A DNA stretch of 64,000 nucleotides from Octopus sinensis (GCF_006345805.1 NC_043018.1:6696001-6760000); one strand, 5' to 3'. Positions 40,769 through 57,825 are shown, numbered from the stretch's first letter. Translations and numbers: made by a program. The notes: generated by a model not told the origin, from the letters alone.

Positions 40769-41329
40769 AAACAACAGCATGGAATTTTGTAAGTGAACAG
40801 GTCGCGGTCTCAAAGCACCGAAAATATTTTGATAAATTAAATTTAAATGTCGAAGTGAATCTAATGGTTTGTGTGATTCTTAATGGGCTTATAAACACCT
40901 TCCACACTGCAATTGTTTTCATTCCAGCACACGATCTCAGATCAAGTCACTCGCTATGCAAGTACATCTCTCTCTCTATGTATATATATATATATATATA
41001 AATGGGGAAGACCAACAGGTTTTGGAATCTGACAATACACCATAAAGCTAAACCCTTTATGGACAGGAAACCTAATATAATCCCATAAACCAGCCTTCCC
41101 CATTTTTAATATACGCTGCACTATATTTTAGAGTGTGCTTCTTCTTTCGGATTTATGTTTTCTTACAGACCATATATATATTCTTTTACTCTTTTATATG
41201 TTTCAGCCATTTGAATGTAGCCATGCTGGAGCATCACCTGAAAGGGTTTTAGTTGAAGAAATCAACCCCAGTAATTATCCTTTGTAAGCCAAGTACTTTT
41301 TCTATTGGTCTATTTTGCTGATTTTTTCA

Positions 41330-41760
41330 AAAATCTTCAAAGCCACAGTCGAACCGATTCTACTATATGGTTTAGAAACCTGGACGTTATCAAAGAAGCG
41401 TGAGAGGCAGTTGGATTGAACTTACACTCACCTCCTTATGAAAGCTCAAAATCTCTCATGGAAGCATCATCCAACCAAAGTACAAATATATGGGAAATTA
41501 CCACCTGTATCATCTCTTGTGAAAGGTAGAAAATTCCAGTTTGCTGAACATTGTTGTAGAGCTGAAAACAAGGTAATTTCTACTCTTCTCCTCTAGAAGC
41601 TATCTACTCGCAATAGCAGAGGGCGCACACTCTCCTATCCTGATGTAATCTCCAGGGATACAGGCATCCAGCAACAGGACCTCCGTAATGCTATGATGGA
41701 CCATGAAGTCTGGCGTAGCATAGTAAATTCCATTGTCTTGACCACGGTCGAACAATGATG
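41330..41760 (+). mobile_element. RTE-type LINE 3' fragment
   Basis: TVEPILLYGLETWTLSKK...SYPDVISRDTG...DHEVWRSIV followed by a (GAT)n tail. Confidence 0.8.
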
Positions 41761-42915
41761 ATGAGGATTTTGCTGAAATGTTAAGGGGACATAAACACAC
41801 CAGCATCGGCTGTCCAGCAATGGTGGGGAACAAATGCTGTCACAAAGACACACACACACACACACATATATATATGACAGGCTTCTTTCAGTTTCCGTCT
41901 ACCAAATCCACTCACAATGCTTTGGTTGGCCTGAGGCTATAGTACAGGACACCTGCCCAAGGTGCCATGCAATGAAACTGAACCCAAGACCATGTGGTTG
42001 GGAAGCAAGCTTCTTACCACACAGCCACAGCTGTATATATGGCTTAGTTCGATTCCTGGTGATGTGTTGTGTTCTTCAGCAAGATACTCTACTTCACATT
42101 CCTCCACTCCACTCAGATGACAAAATATATTTTAAAGGAACAACCTTGTCATAGTCTGTGTCAAGTTGAACCTCCTTGAGAACTAGATTAAGGGCATGCA
42201 CGTCTGTGGAGTACTCAACCTCTTGCACATCGATTTCATGAGTGGGCTGCTCCATTGATTGGATCAACTGGAACACTCGTCGTAACCAACGGAGGGCAGC
42301 CCCCGAGCTTGCCAACTCTGGTCAAACTGTTCAATCTATGCCAGCATGGACAACAGACATTAAATGATGATGATAATGATGATGATGATGATGATGATGA
42401 CAATATATGTACGAATGTATATACTCTTCTTTTTTACTCTTTTACTTGTTTCAGTCATTTGACTGCGGCCATGCTGGAGCACCGCCTTTAGTTGAGCAAA
42501 TCAACCCCGGGACTTATTCTTTGTAAGCTTAGTACTTATTCTATCAGTCTCTTTTGCCGAACTGCTAAGTGATAGGAACATAAACACACCAGCATCGGTT
42601 ATCAAGCAATGCTAGGGGGACAAACACAGACACACAAACACACATACATATATATACATATATACGACGGGCTTCTTTCAGTTTCCATCTACCAAATCCA
42701 CTCACAAAGCATTGGTTGGCCGGAGGCTATAGCAGAAGACACTTGCCCAAGATGCCATGCAGTGGGACTGAACCTGGAACCATGTGGTTGGTTAGCAAGC
42801 TACTTATCACACAGCCACTCCTGCACCTATATATGTATTAGCATGTGTAATGTGAATCATATTTCCTTTTGAAATGAATTATGCAACTTTAATCTAATAC
42901 ATAAACTATAATTAT

Positions 42916-42958
<43 letters not shown>

Positions 42959-43102
42959 GACATACATATACATACACGTGTGTGTATGTATGTATATAGA
43001 TATGTATGTACATACGTATGATGTATGCATGTATGTATGTATTACTATGGCTGCTGTTTCTTACCATTTTAAAATAATAAAAGAAACCAATATTCTTTTC
43101 AC

Positions 43103-43133
<31 letters not shown>

Positions 43134-43456
43134 TTGCTGCTTTTTTTTGTTATTCTTTTACTTTCATACTTTTTTTTCGTCTTTTTCTCTGATTTTTCAG
43201 TTCACCAAAGACTGTTTTAAGGAACACAAGAGTTTCCTTTTGTATGTGAAGCAAAGCAATTATCCAACTAACAGCATCTTACATTTTTACAGAATGGTGC
43301 ACAGGAAATACATATCCATTGTATTCTGGGATAGGAGAACTGAAGACTCCTAAAGAGAACTTGAACATCAGCAGCAGCCTTTCATTCTTTCTTACCAAAT
43401 TTTTTTGTTGGTTTTGTAATTTTTTTTCGAATTTTTTTTTACTGCTATTTTTACAG

Positions 43457-43527
43457 AAAGGGTGGGGGGAGGATTTAGCTTCACACATATCTACACTACA
43501 AGATCTTTTGTTTTGGAGGGATTCTTG
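43457..43527 (+). CDS. Candidate further plus-strand exon
   Basis: Strong acceptor ttactgctatttttacag|AAA and donor TTG|GTAAGT, 71 nt. Two frames are open ([24 protein letters not shown] or [23 protein letters not shown]); linkage to other exons is unproven. Confidence 0.35.
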
Positions 43528-44265
43528 GTAAGTTTTTGTGCCATTATTCCTCATTTCCAAGCAATGGCACTGTTGTGGTTGTCTTCAGATTTCTTTCTTT
43601 TGTTTTATATATATATATACATATAGATGTGTGTGTGTGTATTTATATATATATATATGTATGTATGTATATATGTATGTACATATGTATATATATATGT
43701 GTGTGTGTGTGTGTATTTATATATATATATATGTATGTATATATGTATGTACATATGTATATATATATGTGTGTGTATGTATATCTATCTATTTATATAT
43801 GTATGTACATATGTATATATATATGTGTGTGTGTGTGTGTGTATATCTATCTATTTATATATGTATGTACATATGTATATATATGTGTGTGTGTGTATAT
43901 CTATCTATTTATATATGTATGTACATATGTATATATATATATGTGTGTGTGTATGTATATCTATTTATTTATATATGTATTACATATGTATATATTGCGT
44001 ATATATATATATATTTATATATATATATATATTCACACACACACCCACACACACACATATATGCAGGTATGTATATATTATGTATGTTTATATACTTATT
44101 CTTTTTTTCTTTGCAATATGTTTTTTTTTCTTAATTTTTCAGATTTCTTTTTTTTTCTTTGTCATATCTGTTTTCTTTTCTTTTTTCTTTCTTTATCTTT
44201 TTTTTTTATTCATCCATTTCTGGGTCGCATTTCCCCCCCACTTAACTTTACCCCCCCCCCCGAAG

Positions 44266-44296
<31 letters not shown>

Positions 44297-44511
44297 CTTT
44301 TTCATTCTCTTTTGTTTCGGTTCAGGTTCCAATGTGATTCAATAAAGATGAAGAATAATGCCTGCTTTATCTATAAGAAGTGGATGCTAATCTTTCTTCG
44401 TATTTGTAGTTAGTTTAGGAGTCGGCAGATGATAAAACTGTGATTCGGAGACCCATCCATTGTATGTCGTTATCTTCCTCTCTGTCTTCATTTCTCCCTC
44501 TACATGTGTGT

Positions 44512-44543
<32 letters not shown>

Positions 44544-44673
44544 ATGTATGCATGTATGTATGTATGTATGTATGTATGTATGTATGTATGTATGTATGTG
44601 TGTATATATATGTATGAATGCATATATACACAGATAAATATATATGTATAATTACACTGACTTATATACATAC

Positions 44674-44741
<68 letters not shown>

Positions 44742-44957
44742 ATATATATAGATGCACACACATATATAGTCAGTTAAATAGACAGACAGACATATGTGTC
44801 TGCATACAAGTGCATCGATATGGGTGAATGCGAATATGTGGGTATGTATTCAATGTATGTATGTACGCATGTATATATATATGTGTGTGTATGTGTATGT
44901 ATATATATAAACTTACTGTTAACTAAAGTCAGGATGCGTAGAGTTCAGTTAGTCCAT

Positions 44958-45091
44958 AAATGAAAAATGCATTAAATACTACAAAACATACATATAGGAC
45001 AGACACAAAGACCCTAATCTTTCCTCAGTTATTTAGGGTCCTTGTGTCTATCCTACGTGTACGTTTGTAGCATTTAAGGCATTTTTCATTT
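44958..45091. repeat. Imperfect fold-back element
   Basis: aaatgaaaaatgc...gacacaaagaccctaa / ttagggtccttgtgtc...gcatttttcattt. Confidence 0.75.
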
Positions 45092-45469
45092 AAAATATAT
45101 ATATATATATATATATATGTTGGATTCTACCATCGTTAGATGACGTATTAGGGTTAAACAAATTCTTACCAAACAACCACACAGATAATTTGTTTATAGT
45201 GATCAAATGTTTGTATAGACACTCCCTCCATCAACTTGATATTACCTGTACAGGTGCAATGGGTGTCACATGTCAGATGATGAAATCATTACAGAGCAAC
45301 AGGAAATGAAGTGCTTGCTCAAGGACACAATGCAACGCCCGGTCTGGGAATCGAACCCATGATCTCACAATTATGAGTGCAACACAATACCACAGAGGAA
45401 TTGACATATGCTCAAATAATAAATTGCGATAGGTGAGGTGAACCGCGATATGGTGAGGGATTACTGTGT

Positions 45470-45501
<32 letters not shown>

Positions 45502-46761
45502 GTTAATCCAAACATGAACAAAGAGAAAACACAATGCGAGGATGTGGAACAAATATAGTGTTATTGGACACTCAGGAAAGGAAAGAAAGAAGGAGGATTT
45601 AATGTTTTGAGCAGAGCTCTTCATCAGAAACATAGAAAAAGGAAAGGCCCAAGGAAGGGAAAATGGAGAAAGAAAATCGCCAATGATATATACGTGGTCA
45701 CACACACACTCAGACATATATACGTATATATATACATATACACACATATATTTGGTGACTTTTTTTGTCCGTAAAGGACTGCGATGATAAGATGAAAGTG
45801 TTCTTTTCTAAACTAAGACAGCATTAGGATACAGAAGAGATTAGGTTAGTATTTCTAGCATGTTGAATGATTGTTCATCAGTTTTTCTTCATTAACTCAA
45901 ATTAAACTTTGCCTGAAATTGATCAGTTGACTCTTCTGCTTGACTGACTCTGTTGACTAATGTGGAGTCACAACATACTGCTGTTGTGGCAGTGATTTGA
46001 ACTTATATACTTGTCCTCCAAAGAGAGGCAGTCAAAATGTCTGTCTGTACACTTCCTTATGAAGTATTTCTTCTTTTATCTCTCTCTCTCTCTTCCTCTC
46101 TTCACCTCTCTGTTTCTATTTTTCTTTTTCGGTTCATCTCTCCATCCGTCTCTCTTTCTCTCACTCATCTTTTCTCTTCCTCTCTCTCTTCCCCTCTTCA
46201 TCTCTCTGTTTCTATCTTTCTTTGTTTCTCTTTCTTTCTCTGTCTGTCTGTCAATCTGTCTCTCCACCTCTCTCTCCTTCACTCTTCTTCTCTATCTCCC
46301 TATCTCTCCTCTCTTGTTCTCTCCTTTTCTCATCCTCTCTCCCCTCCTTGCCCGTGTTCTACTTGCTTACTAGTTTCCCTTAAAAAAAAGGACCCTTTGA
46401 AATCAAGAATTAAAGAGAAAAATACAGTAAAAATTACATCAAATTAATTCACTTTAAAAAAGCAATTAATGACCAAACAAAACAAAAAAAAACAAATAAA
46501 TCACAAAATAAGCAAAAATAAAAGAAAATAAAAACAAAAAAGCTAGTTTCTGCTTTGTTGTTTCAGATCCCTTCAGAGATTCTGTTCCTCTTTTGCTGCC
46601 ATAAATTGGTTCCCATAATGTCTAACTTCATTTTATATTGGAATTATTACCAATTTAGACAATCATTAATGGATAAATAAGGCTTACTTAGAATTGTTAA
46701 TATAAATCAAGGTAAGATGGTTGCTATGGGCATCATGTTATTAGTGTGTGTGTATATATAT

Positions 46762-46810
<49 letters not shown>

Positions 46811-46898
46811 CATATATATTAACATATATATATATGTATGTATATATATATATATTTATACATACATACATATATATACATACACGCATATATATATA

Positions 46899-46929
<31 letters not shown>

Positions 46930-47331
46930 GTATGTATGCATCTGTGTGTATACATGTAATATGTATGTGTGTGTGTAGCTATAGTCTAATGACTGAAACA
47001 AGTGAAATATGAGATACACGCACACATATGCACAAAAATGCACACACAAATGTACACTTGTTTCAGTCATTTTGACCATGGCCATGCTAGAGCACTTCAG
47101 TCGAACAAATTGACGCCAGGACTTATTCTTCATAAGCCTAGTACATACACTATTGGTCTATTTTGCCGAACTGCTAAGTTACAGGGACATAAACACACCA
47201 GCCATCAGTTATGAAGCGACAGTGATGCAACAACACACACACTCAAACTCACATATATACAAAGACTCTCTAACACTTACATATGAACAGACACACAAAC
47301 ACATACAAACACATAAACTCACATACATACA

Positions 47332-50300
47332 TACCATAAATCCTCGAGTATAGTCCGCCCTTGAGTATAATACGCAGGGGATTTCTAGGGGGCTGTACCT
47401 CTGAAAAACCTAAACCTTGTGTATAATATGCACCCCTTATCTAACTTGAGTCAAGAAGGTCTATATAACATCCTTGGTTTGTAAAAATATATATGGTAAT
47501 GTCCTTTATTATTATTATATATATAACATAATGCAAACGTGTAGCTTTTTTGTGCATTTTGTTTGCAGAAAATAAAGAGATAACAGTAATAACGTTTAAT
47601 AAATGTTGCTCACTGCAAGTTATGGATGATTCTTTTATGACTTCATTGCTTTCAGGCTTTTTTTTTGGTAATTCCTTGTGCCGATTTGAACGAATCACAA
47701 GAAGTTTTTTTCTGTGACGTGCGTATGACCATGTCAACACTCCTGCTTGGCGTTGTTTATCGTCCCCCAAGTTACCATTGGGACACACAGCTTTGCAATG
47801 TCCTCCGAGCTGCTGCCAGGAAAACAGCCACTTATGTGTTTATTGCAGGCGATTTCAATCATCCTGAGATCGATTGGGAGACCTTCCATTGGCCACAGAG
47901 TGCAAACGATTTTGTTGAGCTTGTGCTGGACTCAAACTGGTCACAAGTAGTCACCTCTCAACAAGAGGCGACAACACCTTGGACTGCTCTTCACCACAAC
48001 TCCTGAAGCGGTTATCAATTGCACTACGGAGGAACCTCTAGGTGACTCTGATCATGCTATGATTATCGCCAATCTGGCTCTTGCGGGCAACAAAAACCTG
48101 AACCATCTCCAATCTGCTTCCTTCGATTGGAAGAGAGCAATTGGAACCTGTACCACACTGAACTACAGCACCCAAACTGGCGTGAATTCTACAACTCTGG
48201 AGATGTGAATACTATACTCCAGAGTATCCTGGACTCAATATGGGCAGCATGTGCAGCATCAGTGCCACGTAACAAAAGAAGAACCGCCCCAAAAGGCAAT
48301 TTGGGAAACTTCAGCGGTCCGACTTGCCAGGAGGGAACGTCGGACTGCTGAACGGGAATACAGGTTGCATAAATCAGACACCACAGGAAGAAGTGGAATA
48401 AATCCTCCAACCATCTCAAGCAAGTGACAAAAAAAGCAGTGCTTGAATTTGAACAGTGCATAGCAGCCAATCCTGACAGCAAGGTTTTCTGGAAAATATT
48501 GCACTCAAAGCAGAGACCTCACTCTCCAGTGGGCCCTCTTCGCAACCCTCACACAACCCAGATCACTGACGACCCCAAGGAATGCGCAGAACTCATTGCC
48601 GAGTGCTATGCAAACATATTCACTGTTGAAAGTCAAAATGTACCATCTTCACCATCACTAACAGCAAACTCCATAACAACTATGGAATTTACACCTGCAA
48701 TGCTGCGACGTCACCTTCAAAATAAGCGCAACTATGCCTCCCCTGGTCTCGATGGAGTTACATACCTGCTTCTCAAACGTGGCAGGCACTTCCTTTTACA
48801 ACCAGCTTTCTATTTTCTTCCAGTACTGTCTCAACAATGGTGCTACTCCGGAGCAGTGGAAAACTGCCAGTGTCATTCCTCTGTTCAAAAAGGGCGACCG
48901 CACATCACCTGTCAACTATCGCCCAGTCAGTCTCACTAGCTGTATTGCAAAACTGATGGAATCGTGTGTCAGAGAAACACTCTGGAACTTCTGGAGCTCT
49001 CACAGTCTCATCCGACCCTCACAATATGGATTTGTCCCTAACTCCAGCTGCAGTGACCAGCTTGTCGAGTTCCTTGAGGACATTACTCAGATTACTGACA
49101 GTGCTCATGGGTGGATGTTGTCTACCTTGACTTTGCTAAGGCTTTCAACTCTTGTGCCACACAAAAGGCTTATGGTGAAACTCTCTGCAATGGGTGTGGG
49201 GGATGACCTTTTTAACTGGTTGAAATCCTTCATCCTCAGCCGAAAGGAGGTAGTCACAGTTCTAGGACAGCACTCTACACCATATGAGATGTCCATCGGG
49301 TGTACCACAGGGATCTGTCCTTGCCCCCCTCTTGTTTGTGGCATACATTAACGACATAGATGCCAATTTAAAGAATGCCACAGTATTGAAATATGCAGAC
49401 GACATCAAGCTGTACCTTGAAATCAAGAGGACAGATCCTGATGTCTACAACCCTTTCCTGCAATCAGACCTAGACACAATGCAGCAATGGATCACAGACT
49501 GGCAACTGAAACTGGCTGTGGACAAGTGTACCACCATGCATTTTGGGAGAAAAACCCTGCGTTCACATACTCCCTCCACCAAACACTGATATCAAGAAAT
49601 CCTCTTGCGAGCGTGACCTAGGCATCACTGTCAGCAGTGATCCGTTTGGTCAAAGCATATCTCTAAGATTGTCAGGAAGGCCGAGGTGTCTTGGCATCAC
49701 TCAGCAGGTCTTTTGTTAGCCGCTCTCCCCATCTATTTAAAACTGTATACAGCTATGGTACGACCACACTTGGAATTCGCATCATCAGTTTGGAACCCCT
49801 ATCTTGCACAGAACATTGACCTCCTGGAATCTGTCCAGAGACGTGCAACCAAACGCATACCCTCCATCAGACACCTACCATATTCTGAGCGCCTTGTTTC
49901 CCTGGGCATGGATTCACTGAAGCTCCGGCGTTTGGCGACGGACTTGGAAAACACCCACAAAGTTATCAACCACCTCACCAACAACAACACTGAACACCTT
50001 TTTGATCTCCATGGTCTAACACACGTGGACATGCCTACAAAGTCAGAAAACAATACAGCTCCCATGACTTTCGGAAACATTTTTTCACGCTCAGAGTTGC
50101 TGAAGCATGGAATAAACTGCCTGCGTCAGTTGTTGACTGCCATGACACTGCATCTTTTAAGGCCCTCATGCTTTCCGAAATCCGCCGAAACTTCACCTGA
50201 TTATATATACACTTTAGATGAGTTGTAGTGCACCTGAGCACTGTACACAATTATTATTATTATTATTATTATTAGCTTAAGGTATTTTCGTGCCTGACAT

Positions 50301-50461
50301 CAGAAAATGCGTTTGAATAAACATTGCCGGACAGCAAATAGAGACTCAGACATTGCTTAGAAAATATTTTTCATTTTTAACCTCGTATATGATACGCACT
50401 AGGGATTTTGACCTTTAAATTTTGGGGAAAAAATGTGGATTATACTCGAGGATTTACGGTA
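47332..50461. mobile_element. pogo/Tigger-type non-autonomous DNA transposon interrupted by the CR1 LINE
   Basis: TIRs TACCATAAATCCTCGAGTATA (47332) and TATACTCGAGGATTTACGGTA (ending 50461), with TA at both termini. About 0.5 kb of element sequence remains once the LINE is removed. Confidence 0.8.
47668..50274 (+). mobile_element. CR1-clade LINE, 5'-truncated ORF2 (APE endonuclease plus RT) with (ATT)n tail
   Basis: Motifs GVVYRPP, AGDFNHPEIDW, SDHAMI, YRPVSLTSCIAKLME, RPSQYGF, SGVPQGSVLAPLLFVAYINDI, KYADDIKL, LYTAMVRPHLEFASSVWNP and LESVQRRATK. The ORF is split by several frameshifts; the tail ends near 50274. Confidence 0.92.
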
Positions 50462-52549
50462 CACATATGTAATACACAAATACATACATTCATACATGCA
50501 CACATACACTTAAATACATACACGAACACACACACATACACTTAAATACATACATTCATACATGCACACATACACTTAAATACATACTGAACACACACAC
50601 ATACACTTAAATACATACACGAACACACACACATATACATACAAACATAATATGCAAATACAAATAAATACTTACACAAATACATACACACAGATACATA
50701 CGTAAATGCATGCTTACATACATATATAAATACACACACACACACACATAAAACATACATACATAAAAAAACAAACATATAAATATCTAAAATGAATGAT
50801 ATACTTACATACATCATACATACATACATACATACATACATACATACATACATACACACAATACATACTAACATACATACATACATACATAACTACACAC
50901 ATACATACATACATAATACAACATACATTCATACATAGATACATACACCACATAGTACATACATACATACACACATAAAGGTACATACATACATACATAC
51001 ATACTACATACATACACATATACATTAATACATACATACATACACACATACATACATACATACATACAACCTACATCACCATACATACCTACATACATAC
51101 ACACATACATACATACACACATACATCATACATACAACATACATATTCATACTACATACCCCCCCTACATACACATACATACATACATACATACATACAT
51201 CACACACATCATACATACATACATACATACATACATACCACCACATACATACATACATACATACATAATACACACATACATACATACATACATAAACATA
51301 CTACATTCATACATACATTCATACAACAACATACATACACACATACATACACACACTACTTCATTACATACATACATACACACATACATACATACACATA
51401 CATACATACATACATACATACATACATACATCAAAATACATTCATACATACATTCATACATACATACATACATTCATACATACATACATACACACATACA
51501 TACATACATACAAACATACACAACATAATACATACATACCATACATACATACATACATACATACACCTACATACATTCATACATACACATACAAAACATA
51601 CATTACATACATTACATACACACATACATTATACATACATACATACATACATTCATACATACATACACACCTACATACATACATACATACATACCACACA
51701 TATACATACATACATACATACATACATACATACATACATACAGACATACAAAATCATACATACATACATACATACATACATACATTCATACATACATACA
51801 TACACACATACATACATACATACACACATACACACATACATACATACATACATTCATAAATACATTCATACATACATAATACATACATAGACATACACAC
51901 ATACATTCATACGTACATACATACACACATACATACATACATACATACATTCATACATACATCATAATACATACATACATACATTAACATACATACATAC
52001 ATAATACATACACAACACACACCACACACACACACCATACAACATACAACATACATACATACATACATACATACATACATACACACATACAGTCATACAC
52101 ATAACTACATGACATAACATTCATACATACATACATACATACATACATACATACATTACATACATACACACATACATTCATACTACATACATACACACAT
52201 ACATACATACATACATACATACATACATACATACCTACAAACATACATACATACATACGTACATACATGCATTACATACATACATAAATACAACACATAC
52301 ATACATACATACATACATTCATACATACATTCATACATAAATACATACATACATACACACATACATTCATACATACATACATACACACTACATTCATACA
52401 TAATACATACACAATACATACATACATACATACATAATACATACATACACACATACGTACAACATACATTACCTACATACATACATACATACAACATACT
52501 ACATAAACGTACATACATGCATATATACATACATACATACATACATACA

Positions 52550-52583
<34 letters not shown>

Positions 52584-52664
52584 CATACATACATACATAC
52601 ATACATACATACATACGTACATACATGCATACATACATACATACACCATACATACATACATACA

Positions 52665-52698
<34 letters not shown>

Positions 52699-55600
52699 CA
52701 TACATACATACATACATACATACATAATACAACGTACATACAGCATACACACATACGTACATACATACATAATACATACATACATACATTACATAAAACA
52801 TACATACATACATACATACATACATACATACATACACACATACATACATACATACATACATTACATACATACATACATAAGAACATCCATACATCACACA
52901 TACTTCATACATACATACAACATACATACATACATACGTACATACATCATACACAGATACGTTACATACATACATACATAACACATAATCCATACACACA
53001 TCATACATGACTACATACATACCTACATTCATACATACATTCAACATACAACAATACATACGTACATACATACCTACATACACACATACTACATACATAC
53101 ATACATACATTCATACATTACTTCTACATACATACATACATACATACCATACATTATACACATTACATACATACATACATACATACCACACATCACACAT
53201 ACATATACATACACACATACATAATACATACAACACACATACATACATACATTCATACATACATTAAACTAAATACATACATACACCAATACACTACATA
53301 CATCAGCATACAGACATAAATACATCATACATCATACCTACATACACACAAACACAAAACATACATACACACACACACATTACATACATATCACACTACA
53401 TCATCATACAACACATACATACATACATGTAACACATACAGACATCCTCACACATACATTCATACATATTATACATACATACACACATACATACATAGAA
53501 CACATCATCACACATACATACATACAATATCATACAACATACACACATACATACTACATACATCCATACACATAAGACATACACACATACATACATTACA
53601 TACATTACATACATACATACATACATACATCACCATACACATACATACATTCATAATACAGACATACTAACATACATACATACATACATACACCCATACC
53701 AACATACATACATACATACACAACATACATACATACATTACATACCATTACATTCATACACATAACGCATTCATACATACAACATACATACATACATACA
53801 TCAACATTCATACATACATACATACATACACAATAACATACACACATACATACATACATACATACATAACAGATACATAACAATACAACATACATTACAT
53901 ACAATACATTCATACATACATACATATACATACCATACAACACACACACACACACACCACACAACACCACACACACACATACATCACTACATACATACAT
54001 ACATACATACATACATACATAACATACAGACACATTCATACATACATACATACATACATTCATACACATCTCATACATACATACATACATACATACATAC
54101 ATACACACATACATTCATACATACATACACTACACACATACATAATACATAACATACATATACATACAACATACATAACCCATACACCACATACATACAT
54201 ACAAACATACATACGTACGTATCATGCACATGCATACATAACATACATACATACATATACACACATTACATACATACATACACAACATACATACATACAT
54301 TCATACATACAACATACATACATACATACATACATACACACATACATTCATACATACATACTACACACATACATTCATACATACATACAGACACACATAC
54401 ATCATACATAACATACATACATACATACATACACACATACGTACATACATACACTACATATTACTACATACATACAAACATACATACATACATACGTACA
54501 TTACATGCATACATACATACATACATACATACTACATAATACATACATACATACATACGTACATACATGCATACATACATACATACACCTACATACATAC
54601 ATACATACATAATAACATACATACATACATACATACATACTACATATATTACATACATACATACATACTCAATACATACCATTACCAATACGTACATACA
54701 TGCATACAACATACATACATACAACTACATACATACATAATACATACATACATACATACGTACGTACATACATGACATACACACACACAATACATACATA
54801 CATACATACATACATACATACATACATACAAACATACATACATACATACAATACATACATACATACATACATACATACATACATACATACATACATAATC
54901 CATACTACATACCATACACATACATACATACATACAAACATACATACATACATACGTTACCATACATACATACATACATACATACATACACACATACATA
55001 CATACATACATACATTCATACATACATTCATACATACATACATACATACACACACATAACTACAACACACATACATGCATACATAACTAACATACCACAC
55101 ATATAATTCAACATACACCCATACACCACATAAAACAGACATACATACATACATACATACATACATTACAACATACGTACACATACATAATACATACATA
55201 CATACATACATACAAACATACAGCTACATACGTACTACATAAGCAATCATACATACATACATACAGACACACATACATAATACATACATAATACATACTA
55301 GACATACATACATACTATATACATACATAATACACTAACATACATTACATACATACATACATACTTACATACATGCATACATAATACATACACATACATA
55401 CATACATACATACAATTACATACATACATCATATATACATACATACATACATACACACTATACATACATACATACATACGTACATACATGCATAACACTA
55501 CGTACATACAGACATACATACATACATACACATACATACATACAAACATACATACATACATACATACATACATACATACATACACACATACATACATTAC

Positions 55601-57004
55601 ATACTACATACATACATACATACATACATACATACATCCATACATACACACATTACATTCATACATACATACATACATACATACATACATACGTACATAC
55701 TTTCAAACAAACATAGTACATACATACATACATACACACATACATACATACACACAACATACATACAACATCATACATACATTCAATACATTCATACATA
55801 CGAACATTACATACAACATACATACATACATACATACACACATACATAACATACATACATACATAATACATCATACATACATATACATACATACATATCA
55901 ATGACATACATACATACATACACATACATTCATACATACATACATACACACATACATACATACATTACATAACACATACAGTACAATACATACATACATA
56001 ATTCATACATACATTCATACATACATACATACATTCATAATACATACATACACCACATACTACATACATACATACACACATACATACATAGCATACATAC
56101 ATACATACTACACACATACATTCATACATACATACATACACACATACATACATACCTACATACCACATAGATTCATAAATACATACATACATACATGGGA
56201 AGACATACATAACACAGAACATAACATACAACATACACACATACATACATACATACATAATAACCTACATACATACATACATACAAACATACATAACATA
56301 CAAACATACATACATACATTCATACATACATACACACATACATTATAACATAATACATACATACATACATCATTCATACATACATACATACACACATACA
56401 TACATAGCAACACACACAACATAACACCATACATTCATACAACATACATTACATACACACATACATACATACATACATAACATACATACATAACCACATC
56501 ATATGATACATAAATAAAAATACATACATACATATACACGGACACAACAACACATACATACATACCACACATGAGTATACATAACAATACAATAGATACA
56601 TACACATTGAACTTAATTACATACCACATACATACACACACAAATACGTACACCACATTTTGGCCACCACACAACCACTACATACCTCACATACATTACA
56701 CATACATACATACATTACAATACAACATCACATACATACATCATCATACTTCATACTACATACATACACACATCACACATACATACAAACATACACCATA
56801 CATCATACATACATACATACATACATACATACATACACACACATTCATACATACATACATACACACATACATACATACCTACATACACACATACATTCAT
56901 ACATACATACATACATACATTCATACATACATACATACATACATACAACATACATACATACACACATACATACTACATACATACATACATCATACATACA
57001 TACA

Positions 57005-57036
<32 letters not shown>

Positions 57037-57258
57037 CTACATACATACATTCATACATACATACATACACACATACATACATACATACACACATACACAC
57101 ATACATACATACATACATTCATACATACATTCATACATACATACATACATACATACATACACACATACATTCATACGTACATACATACACACATACATAC
57201 ATACATACATACATTCATACATACATTCATACATACATACATACATACATACATACAT

Positions 57259-57296
<38 letters not shown>

Positions 57297-57561
57297 CCAA
57301 CATACATACATCATACATACTACATACATACATACATACATAAACACACATACATTCATACATACTACATACATACATACATACATACAACTACATACAT
57401 CCATACATACATACATACATACACACATACATTCATACATACATACACACATACTACATACATACATACATCCATACATACATACATACAAACATACATA
57501 CATACTCGTCATACATCATACATACATACTACATACACACATACATACATACATACATACA

Positions 57562-57592
<31 letters not shown>

Positions 57593-57793
57593 CTACATAC
57601 ACACATACATTCATACATACATACATACATACATTCACATACATACATACACACATACATACATACATACATACATACACATAATACACACATACATACA
57701 TACATACATACATACATACATACATACATACAACATACATACATACTACGTACATACATGCATATATACTACATACATACATACATACATACA

Positions 57794-57825
<32 letters not shown>

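Noticed and set aside
46371-46394. 24-nt minus-strand micro-exon with a strong acceptor and GTAAGC donor
   Set aside because: It cannot be linked to any frame or gene, and A/T-rich flanks readily mimic acceptors.
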